A stretch of DNA of 64,000 nucleotides. Origin: Naegleria gruberi (lineage: Eukaryota). The notes beneath the pieces were generated by a model. The model saw only the letters and a list, made by a program, of their open reading frames with translations. It made no database searches and was not told the origin of the DNA. Location of the stretch: NCBI GenBank assembly GCA_000004985.1, contig GG738848.1; one strand, given 5' to 3'. A program made the translations under genes and the position numbers. Shown in pieces: positions 48,962-60,358 of this stretch (its first letter is position 1; each line of letters starts with the position of its first letter).

Positions 48962-50468
48962 TTAATATTTTTCATGTAATTCTTGGAAGTGTGTTTCGGT
49001 TTTCTTCCTATTCAAGAAAACTAGTAAAATACACACCACAATACACAATGCAATCAAAGATAGAATAAATAATACACCAACAGCAATAATTGGCTTCAAT
49101 GTAAATAAATAATCAACTGGAGCAGTACTGAATTGAAAGTTTCCACCTTTTGAGAATACTACATAGTATTGAGTTGCTTCTCCTGAAAAGAGATAGAGAT
49201 TAGTTGAATTTACATGATAGTCATAATTGAAAAATTGATTTCTTTCAATATTCCAAGTGATTGGTTTCTTTCCAATATAAACATCTTGAATTGTTGCTGT
49301 ATTTTCAATTCTGATTTCAAAATATGTTTGAGGTTGAGTGGTGAAAGTTGCTGTGAATGGTGCGGAATTATCACTTTGAATTGAGTATGTTTGTCCAATT
49401 TCAAGTTTAGTATAATTAAAACTAATCTTTTTAGCATAAAACAAATTATATACAGCACTGGGTGGAGAAATTGTGAATGAATAATCTGGATTTCTATTGG
49501 AGATGACTTGTTGTGTAAGATTTGATTGAACAATGGCTACCATTTCTTGATTTGAATTTGAGAATTGCCACACTGATTGAACTGGATCATTAGATTTCAA
49601 CTCTTGAGCTATCAATGAAATGCAACCATAATTTTGATAGAAATGATCTTCTTTCACACTTTCAATTGAATTCCATTCATTTACCAAACAATTCCCAATA
49701 TAAAATAAAACATTTCGTTGCTGAATAGGATTCAGTTTCAACACCAAATTAGGTTGTCCATAAACGNNNNNNNNNNNNNNNNNNNNNNNNNNNNNNNNNN
49801 NNNNNNNNNNNNNNNNCTGATTTCATTCTGGGAATGTTAAATTTGCAAAATCCACATTAATTTCCATAACTTTTCCCCATTCAACTGGTTTTGTTTCTCC
49901 ATATGGACAAGCAAGTTTAGATTTTCCAGAAAATCCATAATTGATAACACCACCTTCTTTTGATTCACCAGTGAATGTGAGAGTTGGTCTTTCAGCAGCA
50001 GTGAAATCACATGTTAAAGAAATAGACAATGCTCTTGTAACTCCATCAGTAGCAGGAATACCAGCATGGAAGACCTTTACACCAGCACTTTCATCTGCAG
50101 GATTGAGCAATGAAAGTTTAGGAGTACCTTTCTTACCGATAGGATAGCAGAGATTGTATTGTTTAGCATATAGATATCCTTGAGCGTCAACAGTACAAAC
50201 AGCATTGCTTGGATTGGTAACTCCTCCACAAATATTGCTAAAATTCCAACTAATTAGTTTCCGATAATAATAAACAAAATACATACAAATAAAAGTTGAA
50301 ATTAGCATCGGTTGCTGCAACTTTATATCCTGAACCAGGAATATCAATATTAGAAAGGTCGATAATTCCTCTATAAGCAATTGGTAATGAACAAGTCGGT
50401 GCGGAGAATACAACATGCACACAACAAGCAAGCAGCAATGTGAGCAACACAAAGGTCAATCGTAACAT
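48962..50468 (-). CDS. MRH-like type I membrane glycoprotein, paralog A (exon 1 50287..50468; exon 2 50237 down to 48962, interrupted by the N-run 49757..49816 and a 1-nt indel next to it)
   Basis: Signal peptide MLRLTFVLLTLLLACCVHVVFSA and GTATGT/TTTTAG intron as in paralog B. Cys-rich N-terminal domain ending ...GKSKLACPY (MRH-like). C-terminal TM plus cytoplasmic tail. The stretches 49210-49533 and 51077-51400 are near-identical. Confidence 0.5.
49757..49816. other. Scaffold gap (60 N)
   Basis: Run of n. Homology with paralog B shows the flanks are essentially contiguous (B has ...gaaatcag|tttatgg...). Confidence 0.95.
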
Positions 50469-50897
50469 TTTTTTTAGTCACTTCCAAAACCAATCAATCA
50501 TCATGGGTATTAATTTTACCAAAAATTCCGATTATACAAATTAATATTATATATTACAACACAAGAGATTAAATCATTTTGACTATTTTATCTAAAACCA
50601 TTAATTTGTGTATTCATCATCATCATGCTGTTGTGATATTTTTTTTTCAACTTTTTTTGAAGTTGGACCATAGAGTTTACAACAACTGATAAAGAATCAA
50701 TTTGTTTGTAAAATAATAATGGGAACATTTTGATAGGATTCACTGAATCAACCTTAATGGATTATTCCTTGGGGATTAGTTGAGCGTATATTGATCATCA
50801 ATACTTTAGATTGTCAGTAATATGAATGAGAAACACTCATGAGGTGTGAAATCATTCTGGCAACAATTTTTATTTTCCAATATTTCCTCTTTTCCTT

Positions 50898-52319
50898 TTA
50901 AACAAAATATAACAATGAAAAAATCAATGCAATGATCAACAATGAGCCACCAACACAACGATTAGAATCATTTCTAAATGCATGTTCAGTTATAGTGACT
51001 TTGAATCCACCTTTTGAAGATACCAAATAGTATTGAGTTGCTTCACCAGAGTAGATTGTTTCTTTTTGTGTTAAATTCAAATGATAATCATAATTGAAAA
51101 ATTGATTTCTTTCAATATTCCAAGTGATTGGTTTCTTTCCAATATAAACATCTTGAATTGTTGCTGTATTTTCAATTCTGATTTCAAAATATGTTTGAGG
51201 TTGAGTGGTGAAAGTTGCTGTGAATGGTGCAGAATTATCACTTTGAATTGAGTATGTTTGTCCAATTTCAAATTTAGTATAATTAAAACTAATCTTTTTA
51301 GCATAAAACAAATTATATACAGCACTGGGTGGAGAAATAGTGAATGAATAATCTGGATTTCTATTGGAGATGACTTGTTGTGTAAGATTTGATTGAACAA
51401 TGGCTACCATTTCTTGATTCGAATTTGAAAATTGCCACACTGATTGAACTGCCTCATTAGAGTTCAATTCTTGAGCTATCAAAGAAATGCAACCATAATT
51501 TTGATAGAAATGATCTTCTTTCACACTTTCAATTGAATTCCATTCATTTACCAAACAATTCCCAATATAGAATAAAACATTTCTTTGCTGAATAGGATTC
51601 AGTTTCAATACCAAATTTGGTTGTCCATAAACTGATTTCAATTCTGGAAATGTCAAATTTGCAAAATCCACATTAATTTCCATAACTCTTCCCCATTCAA
51701 CTGTTTTTTTTGCATATGGGCAGGCAAGTTTAGATTTTCCAGAAAAACCATAATTGATAACACCACCTTCTCTTGATTCACCACTGAATGTGAGAGTTGG
51801 TCTTTCAGGAGCAGTTAAATCACATGTTAATGAAATAGACAATGCTCTTGAAACTCCATCAGTGGCAGGAATACCAGCATGGACGACCTTTACAACTAAT
51901 CCATCACTAGTCGAATTCAAACTAATTTGGGGAACCCCTTTAACACCTATTGGAAAGCAGAGATTGTATTGTTTGGAATATTGATATCCTTGAGCGTCAA
52001 CAGTACAAACAGCAGTGCTTGGATTGGTGATACTTCCACAAATATTGCTAAATTAGTTTACATTAGTTTTCGAATAATCCACAAATATATGATTATTATA
52101 AAATGGGTTAAAAAATTAATATACATACAAATAAAAGTTCCAATTAGCATCGGTTCCTGCAACCGTATATCCTGAGCCAGGAATATCAATATTCGAAAGC
52201 TCTATAATTCCAACATCACCAATTTTTAATGAACAAGATGATGCAGAGAACACAACATTCACACAACAAGTCAACAGCAGTAGCAGGAGTGTGAGAAACC
52301 GAAAGGTCAATCGAAACAT
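50898..52319 (-). CDS. MRH-like membrane/GPI-type glycoprotein, paralog B (exons 52129..52319 and 50898..52047, 81-nt intron)
   Basis: Exon 1 MFRLTFRFLTLLLLLLTCCVNVVFSA...ANWNFY, then a TT|GTATGT donor and AATTTAG| acceptor give ...F-NICGSITNPSTAVCTVDAQGY.... Six or more conserved Cys, ...SGKSKLACPY motif, many N-glycosylation sites, and a short hydrophobic C-terminus (GGSLLIIALIFSLLYFV). Confidence 0.6.
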
Positions 52320-53525
52320 TTTTTTCTGTCAGGCAGGTGTTTAGTCAATCGATGATGTTGATGTGAAAATGTTGATGTTGAGTCTCATATCGGATAATTT
52401 CGATTTCAATTCATACTAATCCAAATTAAACTACCAAATTAAACTACAAGTAATTGGGTTCGTGCTTATACTGATAATAGACTTTCATCATTCTAAAAAC
52501 CTATTAGAATCATTATTTTAAATTTATTAATATTGTTCATCAATGAAATACTGTTGTATTAATGAAATCCTTTTATGGATAAATCACTTTTAAGGCAATT
52601 GAGAATCTTAGCCATATCCTACTAACCTTTTAAATATGATACAATTTGTTTATTACCATTTTGAACAGGTGTACAAAAATGAACTGAATAAAGTTGCTGT
52701 GGTTGAGAGAGCAATTTCTTTTGAACTGTTTTTTAACTAAGTTTTTATTCATCTCAATCATCAATTTGGAAAGATTGCAAAGGATGCAATCGTGTAATTT
52801 TTGATATATCCATATGAACTTGTTGACAATAATCTATTTAATACTGAGGTTAGGGACTATCAGAGTTTCGTTTACTTTTAAATTTGAAGAGTTTTTTGAA
52901 AAATTTGCAACCTAACAACTCGTTCTTACTCATTTTAACATCTTTTTGAGAATATTGGAATTCTTAGGGGTATGTCTATGCGTAGATTCATAATTTGAAG
53001 TCAGATTTCCAATCACACCTTAGTTCCACTGAGAAATCGTATTTTGTTGAATACAATATTATTGGAAAATAAAAATTTATTTAAACTCTATTTGAAGAGA
53101 ATCTGTAATATGTCAAAATTGAAGTAAACGTTCTGTAATAATATTCCACTTCACAGATTTTTTACAGATTGTATCAGGTTTCGAATAGTTTTGCATTTTT
53201 TTTATTGATTGATTTTTGTTTTTGATGACTTCCATTTTGGAAACTTGAATCCAGCTTAGTGTATCCTTCAATGTTTGCCTTGTTTCTCCTACAGAGCTTA
53301 AGGTTGACCTAATAATCCATCTGAATCCAAACTAAACCTTTCGTATGGTTCACGCGCAACACAACAAGAGATTCATTCTTTCTCTTGCAAACGTTCACAG
53401 AACAAAAAAAGGCCAACGACCAGATCACTAGGAAGTATCAGTTCCCCATCAACAGACTCTTCATACTCTTGTCATTCGTTCACTTTCCAAGATAACAAAC
53501 GAAACAAACCGAAACTAAAAGAAAA

Positions 53526-54917
53526 ATGGCAACGCTGGCACCTTCATCAACCACAAACTCTACCTCCTCTACAACAACCCCAGTTCTGGATGATAAGAAA
53601 ATTCTTTCCTTCTTTCTTTCTTGTGATAAATTAAAGCAAAATCACAAATTTCCCAAAATGGAAAAAATGTGCAGAGAATTTGTTGTGAAAAATTCAAATT
53701 CTGTTGAAATTAGATATATAGCCACTGTTCGATTGTATCTTGCACTGGCTCTTCGGGAATTGTTATATTTCAACGATTCTGTTCATCATTTCAAATTGGC
53801 AATTTCTGAATGTCCATCTATGGGAAGAGATCCAATAATTTTGACAGATTTTGGACATTCATTGTTTTCTGCAGGACTTTATGAGGAAGCTCAGGCAAAA
53901 TTTGATTTGGCACTTGAGATTTATTGTGGAGAATCGAATGAGAAAGATGTGGCTGCTGATTCTTTGGATTGGTCACAAGATTCAATTCTGTCCAAGTTGA
54001 CCAGAAATGCATTGGATATGGAGGAATTGAAAAGTGGATTGGCAATGTGTCAATTAATGATTCTCGATCCAAAAACTCCAGAATATAAGGATATTCTATT
54101 TATTTTGAAACCTAACAATCAATATTCAATTACTCACTCGCTCACTTTCTATGCAATTGGACTTTATTATGAAATGATTAAAGATTACAATAAGGCAATT
54201 GATCATTACAATGGAGCTTTGAAGAAGGATCAACAGTTTGAGGCAGCACTTGAGAGAATGGCTGTTTGTCAAATGAATTTGGGTCAATTTGATAAAGCCA
54301 AATCGAGTTATGATCTCACATTGCAAATGAATAAGCAAAATTATAGAGCTCTGTACCAATTGGCTAAACTTCATATTAGAGCTGGAATGCCACAATTGTC
54401 AAAGAGCAAATTGAGAAGTATTTTGACTCTTGATAAACAGGTGGAAAAGATTGAATCGAGTGAGGACAGGTTGAAATTGATTTCATGTTTGGCAGAATCA
54501 TATTTCCTTCTTGGAGTGTTGGAACATTCAAGTCATTCAGAAACTAAAAAGGTCATTCATGAGCTATTCCAAAATGCCATCAAATATTTTACCATTTACA
54601 GAAATATGACAGTATCTGATCATCAGCAGAGAGAGGAGGAATATCATAATACCATTGGATTATGTCAATATTATTGCGAGAAGTATGAAGAATCTCTGGA
54701 CTGTTTCACACAATCCATCGCTTCAAATCCACAATCAGCTAACGGTTTTTACAACAAGGGAATGTTATTCGAAACTTTGAGAGATTACAAACAATCCCTG
54801 CAACAATACAAACATGCACTTCAACTTTCCCCTCACGACAGTGATTGTGCATGTTCTGTTAAAAGAATAGATAGACTTTTGAAGAAGAATGCATTCCTCC
54901 ATCACGACCTTTTGTAA
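53526..54917 (+). CDS. TPR-repeat protein
   Basis: 463-aa ORF. Multiple 34-aa TPR-like units (e.g. AIDHYNGALKKDQQFEAALERMAVCQMNLGQFDKA, YRALYQLAKLHIRAG). Confidence 0.7.
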   Translation: MATLAPSSTTNSTSSTTTPVLDDKKILSFFLSCDKLKQNHKFPKMEKMCREFVVKNSNSVEIRYIATVRLYLALALRELLYFNDSVHHFKLAISECPSMGRDPIILTDFGHSLFSAGLYEEAQAKFDLALEIYCGESNEKDVAADSLDWSQDSILSKLTRNALDMEELKSGLAMCQLMILDPKTPEYKDILFILKPNNQYSITHSLTFYAIGLYYEMIKDYNKAIDHYNGALKKDQQFEAALERMAVCQMNLGQFDKAKSSYDLTLQMNKQNYRALYQLAKLHIRAGMPQLSKSKLRSILTLDKQVEKIESSEDRLKLISCLAESYFLLGVLEHSSHSETKKVIHELFQNAIKYFTIYRNMTVSDHQQREEEYHNTIGLCQYYCEKYEESLDCFTQSIASNPQSANGFYNKGMLFETLRDYKQSLQQYKHALQLSPHDSDCACSVKRIDRLLKKNAFLHHDLL

Positions 54918-55308
54918 ACTAATTAAAATGCTTTTTTGAATTCACAAATCCTTAACCATACCATTTCTGATGATAACCAAGGTTTGCTTTGCTTATGGAT
55001 AAATTCCTAAATGCTAGTTCCTTCAAAGCACTTTGCAACGTGGAAGGATTCGTAATTTGTTTTACTCTGATTTCCTTCATTTAGCATCTTTTACAAATAG
55101 AATAAGGATAATAGGATCCTTTCAAATTGAAGTTGAGTTGTTTGTTAAGCAGTAAGAGAGGAAAGAGAGGAAATTAGGGCCTTTCACAACAACCCAAACA
55201 CTTCTCAAAGACTGGAAATGGAAGTCGAGTTGGTGGTGAATCGCAACAAGACGAAACAAACTGAGAGATTAATTCCACAACACAAATCATAAAAAAAACC
55301 ATCAAACC

Positions 55309-56424
55309 ATGTTAGTGAACCGCAATGTTTGTTGCATTATCATGATAACGTTGTTGCTGTTGTTGTTGGTTGCAAACGTTACTTTAGCAGAGCAACAAGA
55401 TATTTCGCCATCCACCACAAAACGAACATCGGTTAGTGTTGGTTTCACAAAAGCTCTAGATGTTGGAATGGCTCAAGTTGCAACAAGTGACAAATGGCAA
55501 CAAATATTCGAATCATTGGGTATGTTGTTTGATATATCTCAGTACTAACAAGAGTAATATTTCATTGCTTGTCAATGTTATTGTCGATCGAATAGGCATT
55601 CCATTTAATGTACCAAAATGTTCTTCAAAATTTGGATCGTCATTCCCTTCCAATCCATTTCCTTCATCTAAAACCCAATTGAATATTTGTTATGAAGAAC
55701 CTGCTCAAGTTTGGGCTTCCATTTTCAAAGGTGCTGGTGATTTATTAGTGGAAGTGCTCAACAAACAATACAGCATCAATTTGAAAGCCAATCATTTAAT
55801 TTTGAATACTACAGAGCTTGGATACTTTGATAGTATGAAGGCTGGTGTGGATTCTGGATTGTGTGACATTTGTACCTCCAATGTAAGTTTTTTCTCGGAT
55901 GTTGTTGTTAAATGATGATATACTAATGAAATCTTGTTGTTGTTGTAATTGAATAGATAATTAAAACACAAACAAGAGCCGAACAAGTCAACATGAATTG
56001 TCCATATGGTAGCTCTAGTTTAGCATTCCTTCGTTCCGAACTTGATCCATCAAGATTTAATACTAGCAAAGAACTCAACAATACTGATGCAATCATTGTT
56101 GTTTATGGAGGAACCTATTTTGAAACTGTTGCTAGAACAATGTTTCCTGCTGCCAAACTAATTCTAGAACCTGGTGGTTATGACGCCACTTATGGATATA
56201 TCAAGGATAAACGTGCCCATGCAACCATTGCTGATGCTGTTGATTTAAGTTATTGGTTGAAAAACAACAAGAACCAGTGTACAAATTGTTATATTAGATT
56301 CTTTGGAGATCCATATGAGTACGGAAGCGTTACTACTAAATTGTATGATAGTGAAGGAACGAAGAATGGTTATTCAATGTTAATGCTGTTATTGTTGGTG
56401 CTTTTCTGCTTGTTCAATATATAA
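55309..56424 (+). CDS. Secreted, probably GPI-anchored, NMT1/SsuA-like (type 2 periplasmic-binding-protein fold) solute-binding protein, 3 exons (55309..55519, 55596..55882, 55957..56424)
   Basis: Signal peptide MLVNRNVCCIIMITLLLLLLVANVTLA. Mature N-terminus VSVGFTKALDVGMAQVATSDKWQQIFESLG|IPFNV resembles the start of SsuA/NMT1/THI5 binding proteins. C-terminal hydrophobic tail GYSMLMLLLLVLFCLFNI. Introns have GTATGT/GTAAGT donors, TACTAAC/TACTAAT branch sites and AATAG acceptors, and the frames join exactly. Confidence 0.5.
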
Positions 56425-56805
56425 CATATCATGGTTACTAGATTACTAGGCATTAAATAAATTAAATTTGTATTATAATTATTGGTAATTGATGATGCCT
56501 TTCCACTTGAAAAATTCCGTACAGGAAATTACATTCCAATTTAATAGAAGTATTAAATCTTGTTGTTAATTCACTATTAATACTATTAGCACTAGGTATA
56601 AATGATGTCCTATTACTTCCAAACCATCACGATGTAACAAGAGCTAGCAAATCATCTCGTCCGTGTGCGTAATAAAATCAAAGCAAGTTGCTGAAGAATT
56701 TTGATAGATTTTTTATTTTTAAAAATTTTTTTATTGTAAAACTAATCACGAGTTCATCATCAAGAAAGGAAGAAGCAAATGGAAATAATAAATTTATAAA
56801 AAAAA

Positions 56806-58791
56806 ATGATCAGAAAGAAGGTTCGTAGAAATCCTGCCTCCGGTGATGGAGCACAATCTCTCGAGGAATTGAATAGGATCAGAAAGGAACAATACTTGAA
56901 GAAGAAGGCCATGCTTCAAGATTTGGTCAATGCACAAAAAAAGGACATTCCGATCCAGTATATTATCCTGATCAAACAATATGAAGATGAAACATTTGAT
57001 GAAATTTATGTAGCCCTTGATCCGATGCTACATATATTTAGTTTTTTAAGTCCACATGATTTATTGCTCAAGGTTGGATTGGTTTGTAAATCTTGGTATT
57101 TCCTTTCTTTTAGAACCAATTTCCTTTGGCAATCTTTGTATTATAAAGAATTTGGAGATGTACAAGCAAGACCTATTCATACTGCTCTCCTTGATGAAGA
57201 TGATGACTCTGAATTTGATGGACATTGGAAGAAGGTGTTCAGTTTTAGAGTGGATTTGAGAAACAAATGGTACAATAATTCACCAGACAGAGTTGGTTAT
57301 TGTGATATTATGGAGAGTGAAATTGTAAAAAGTACAAGAACTAAATACACCAATAAGGGAGAACTTTTCAGAAAGGATGCACACACAGCTTGTGTTGGAG
57401 AGGATGAAATTGGAACAGAGTCAGAAAATAAGAAATTGTACAGAGTTAATCCAGAGGACAGATCGACCATCACTACAATGTGTTTGATTGGATCAGATCG
57501 TTTATTGGCAGGTGATGCTAGAGGCGTCATTAAATTGTTCAACTTGCGATCTTTCCAACAAGTGAAAAAGTTTGTTGGAGCTCATCAAACCAGTGTACAC
57601 AAAATTGTTGCTATCACTCCTGAACACTTGAAATTCAAATCGGATGACATGTCAGTTTTGGGATATTCATTCAAACTTGAAGCAACACATCATTACTTCT
57701 TATCTAATGATTTCCAAAACAATTCTATTTGTGTTTGGGATTTGGAGACTGGTTTGCTATTGAAGAGATTTAGAGGAACTGACAAGGTTCACTCTGTATC
57801 TGGATCATCCACACACCTGAATGGAACTGTATTAGATATGAGAATTTGTACTATTAATGAGTATGGACCTGTACTCTTTGTAATTACACCAAAGAATGTA
57901 GAAATTTATGAACTCAACACTTTAAGATTATTGAAATTATATAGACCTTTCTATGAGCCAAAGAAGCATGAAATTGTCACCAAGAAACTCATTGATGCTG
58001 CCATTGAATCCTTTGATAAGGATGACATTGAAGTAGAGCAGGAGGAAGAAGAGGCTGATGATAATTTTGATGATGATACTGGTATGAATCAACCATCAAA
58101 AACTTTGGTTTGTTTTGAATTGTTAGATGGAAATACATTTGCCTTTGTCAGTGGTGATATGAAACTCTATGTGTACAATTTGAGTAATGGTATTTGTGTC
58201 AAGAAAATGGACATGAAGCATACTAAGATGCTTGACATTGATAATTACAATAGGCCAACTTCCATTGATTCCTTCAAGAAGAAGTATAACAAATTCAAAG
58301 AGTCTGACGTGCTCATCACGCAAATAGCCAAGACCAATTTGGAGGGTCAAATTGCTTTGGTATTGAGCTTGAGACCATCAGGTTATAATGGGTATGATCC
58401 ACTCAAATCCTACATCAAGTACTTTGATTATAGATTTGGTTGTGAGAATCCTGTGAGGTCATGTCAAGTCGGAAATTATGACTATTACTCTTCTGGTAAA
58501 ATCTTCTTTGATGACGATAAGATTATTCAATGCACTCAGAGTCATATTCAATTATTGGGACGTTGGGATGGTACTTTGAAACAAGAATTGTTGCCAACTC
58601 TCAATGTTGGATATTATACGATTGCCAACTTTATTGCAGATGATCGTTTCCTAATTATGGGTACATCCTTTGGTGGTATTGTTGTGAATGATTATGGAGG
58701 AAATTTATTGTATTGGAGTGATTTGAAGGGTAGAAAACTTGTGGATGATGAACCAAAAGAGGAGGATAAAATGGATGATTCTCAAGATTAA
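56806..58791 (+). CDS. F-box / WD40-repeat protein
   Basis: 661-aa ORF. F-box LDPMLHIFSFLSPHDLLLKVGLVCKSWYFLS. Downstream WD-like repeats (...GDARGVIKLFNL..., ...ICVWDLETG...). Confidence 0.65.
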   Translation: MIRKKVRRNPASGDGAQSLEELNRIRKEQYLKKKAMLQDLVNAQKKDIPIQYIILIKQYEDETFDEIYVALDPMLHIFSFLSPHDLLLKVGLVCKSWYFLSFRTNFLWQSLYYKEFGDVQARPIHTALLDEDDDSEFDGHWKKVFSFRVDLRNKWYNNSPDRVGYCDIMESEIVKSTRTKYTNKGELFRKDAHTACVGEDEIGTESENKKLYRVNPEDRSTITTMCLIGSDRLLAGDARGVIKLFNLRSFQQVKKFVGAHQTSVHKIVAITPEHLKFKSDDMSVLGYSFKLEATHHYFLSNDFQNNSICVWDLETGLLLKRFRGTDKVHSVSGSSTHLNGTVLDMRICTINEYGPVLFVITPKNVEIYELNTLRLLKLYRPFYEPKKHEIVTKKLIDAAIESFDKDDIEVEQEEEEADDNFDDDTGMNQPSKTLVCFELLDGNTFAFVSGDMKLYVYNLSNGICVKKMDMKHTKMLDIDNYNRPTSIDSFKKKYNKFKESDVLITQIAKTNLEGQIALVLSLRPSGYNGYDPLKSYIKYFDYRFGCENPVRSCQVGNYDYYSSGKIFFDDDKIIQCTQSHIQLLGRWDGTLKQELLPTLNVGYYTIANFIADDRFLIMGTSFGGIVVNDYGGNLLYWSDLKGRKLVDDEPKEEDKMDDSQD

Positions 58792-58872
58792 ATGATTTTT
58801 TAACAAGTTGTTTTTACTCTTATGGTTGGATTAATTTTAGAAAATTATTGAGGAAGGAGCATACTTTTGGTA

Positions 58873-59754
58873 TTACATTTTGAGTTTTTTTATTTGTTTC
58901 TTTAACCATGGTCCTAATGGTTCTCTAGTGAATGCAAAACCATGAGTCACTAAAAATGTTTGATATCCCTCTTCATAGGCCCATTTGACACTCTTTACAA
59001 TTTCGACTTTATCATATAGGTAGAAGTGATAAGCTGGTTTTCCATACGAAATGAATCCTCCTCCCATAATATCATTAATAATGGCTGCCTTCTTGTTATC
59101 CATCAAGACCACCAAACAACCTTCAGTATGACCTTTCATATTCTTCAAAGTGGCCTTGACTCCAAACTCCTCCAAGCTTTCTCCTCCCCAAAAGGTCAAA
59201 TCAGGTTCGAATGGAATGATGATCTTTCTGTCACCTCTAATTTTCAATATCTTTGCAGAGATTCCTGCTGGAACACTTGGAGCTCCTTCTCCCTTCCTCA
59301 ACAAGTCAGCCTCATATTCTGGGCAAGCAATTGGCACATGGGGGTAATGCTTTTTGAAATACCAAGCTCCACCTGCATGATCAAAGTGAGCATGTGTAAT
59401 GAGAATTAAGGAGAGATCATTTGGTGTGATTCCTGCTACTTTATCCAATTGTTTTATCAATTCCAATTCGTCACCATGTGTAGCAGTGTCAATAAGAATG
59501 TACTTTGCCTTCTTGTTGATATTGAGATGAGCATATTTGTTCGATTCTTGTTGTAAATTGTTGCATTCTTCCCAATTACACTTGACTAGAAAGACATTAC
59601 TCTTTGGAAAAATGTCAATGGCAATAACTTCATTATCAAGAATGCTGAATACTCTATCCTTTTCATTCATTCTTTGAATATCCTTATCGGATACTTTTCT
59701 AATATTATTGCTATTTGAGTTTGTTGATGAAGACTTGCTTTGAACTGATATCAT
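58873..59754 (-). CDS. Metallo-beta-lactamase-fold hydrolase
   Basis: 293-aa ORF. ILITHAHFDHAGG (HxHxDH zinc motif) with downstream His/Asp ligands (GHTEGC). Confidence 0.8.
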   Translation of the reverse strand: MISVQSKSSSTNSNSNNIRKVSDKDIQRMNEKDRVFSILDNEVIAIDIFPKSNVFLVKCNWEECNNLQQESNKYAHLNINKKAKYILIDTATHGDELELIKQLDKVAGITPNDLSLILITHAHFDHAGGAWYFKKHYPHVPIACPEYEADLLRKGEGAPSVPAGISAKILKIRGDRKIIIPFEPDLTFWGGESLEEFGVKATLKNMKGHTEGCLVVLMDNKKAAIINDIMGGGFISYGKPAYHFYLYDKVEIVKSVKWAYEEGYQTFLVTHGFAFTREPLGPWLKKQIKKLKM

Positions 59755-60358
59755 GATGAATACTGTTGTTCTTTTGATGCTGTGGAAGACAATTTTTTCT
59801 TGTAGGTATTTTTCAATAACATCTCTGTTTGGAAGGTATTTATTTCAAAAAGTTTGCCCTGAGTCCGCTTGTTCGAGTAGTATTAACTCTGTGGTTAGTG
59901 CAGCATTATTTTGTTCCATTATATAAAAATGGAATTTTGAATATATTAGGTATCACAAGTCCTCCCGTGATATTTATAAAGGTAATAATAATCGAGATCC
60001 TACAACCAATTCCAACCGCAAGGTTTATAGCCACGATGTTCAACAATTATTCTGGTCTGCCATTTGATGGAAACAACACTGATGGCTTCCTTAATTATTT
60101 CTTCTATCACCAACAATGATTTGAGGTTAATTGTTGTTGGCTAGAGTTAAATCCATATCCAACAATTTACCCATACTCCCTGTCACTCTAGCCACACACC
60201 AACAACTACAACATGATTGGCCACACACAGAAGTTAAGAAAGACTACAACCATGTTAATTTGGTCTTCCCAACCCTGAATAACTAGTTAAAGATCTTTCG
60301 CGAGATTAAGATGCTGATAAACGCAATCTCCCTGTTATACAGTGAATATTGGTAAAAA

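Noticed and set aside
59829-60119. 96-aa ORF upstream of the Cache-cyclase
   Set aside because: It overlaps the probable promoter/5' UTR of gene 60359, is hydrophobic and has no motifs. It does not fit the gene spacing on either side.
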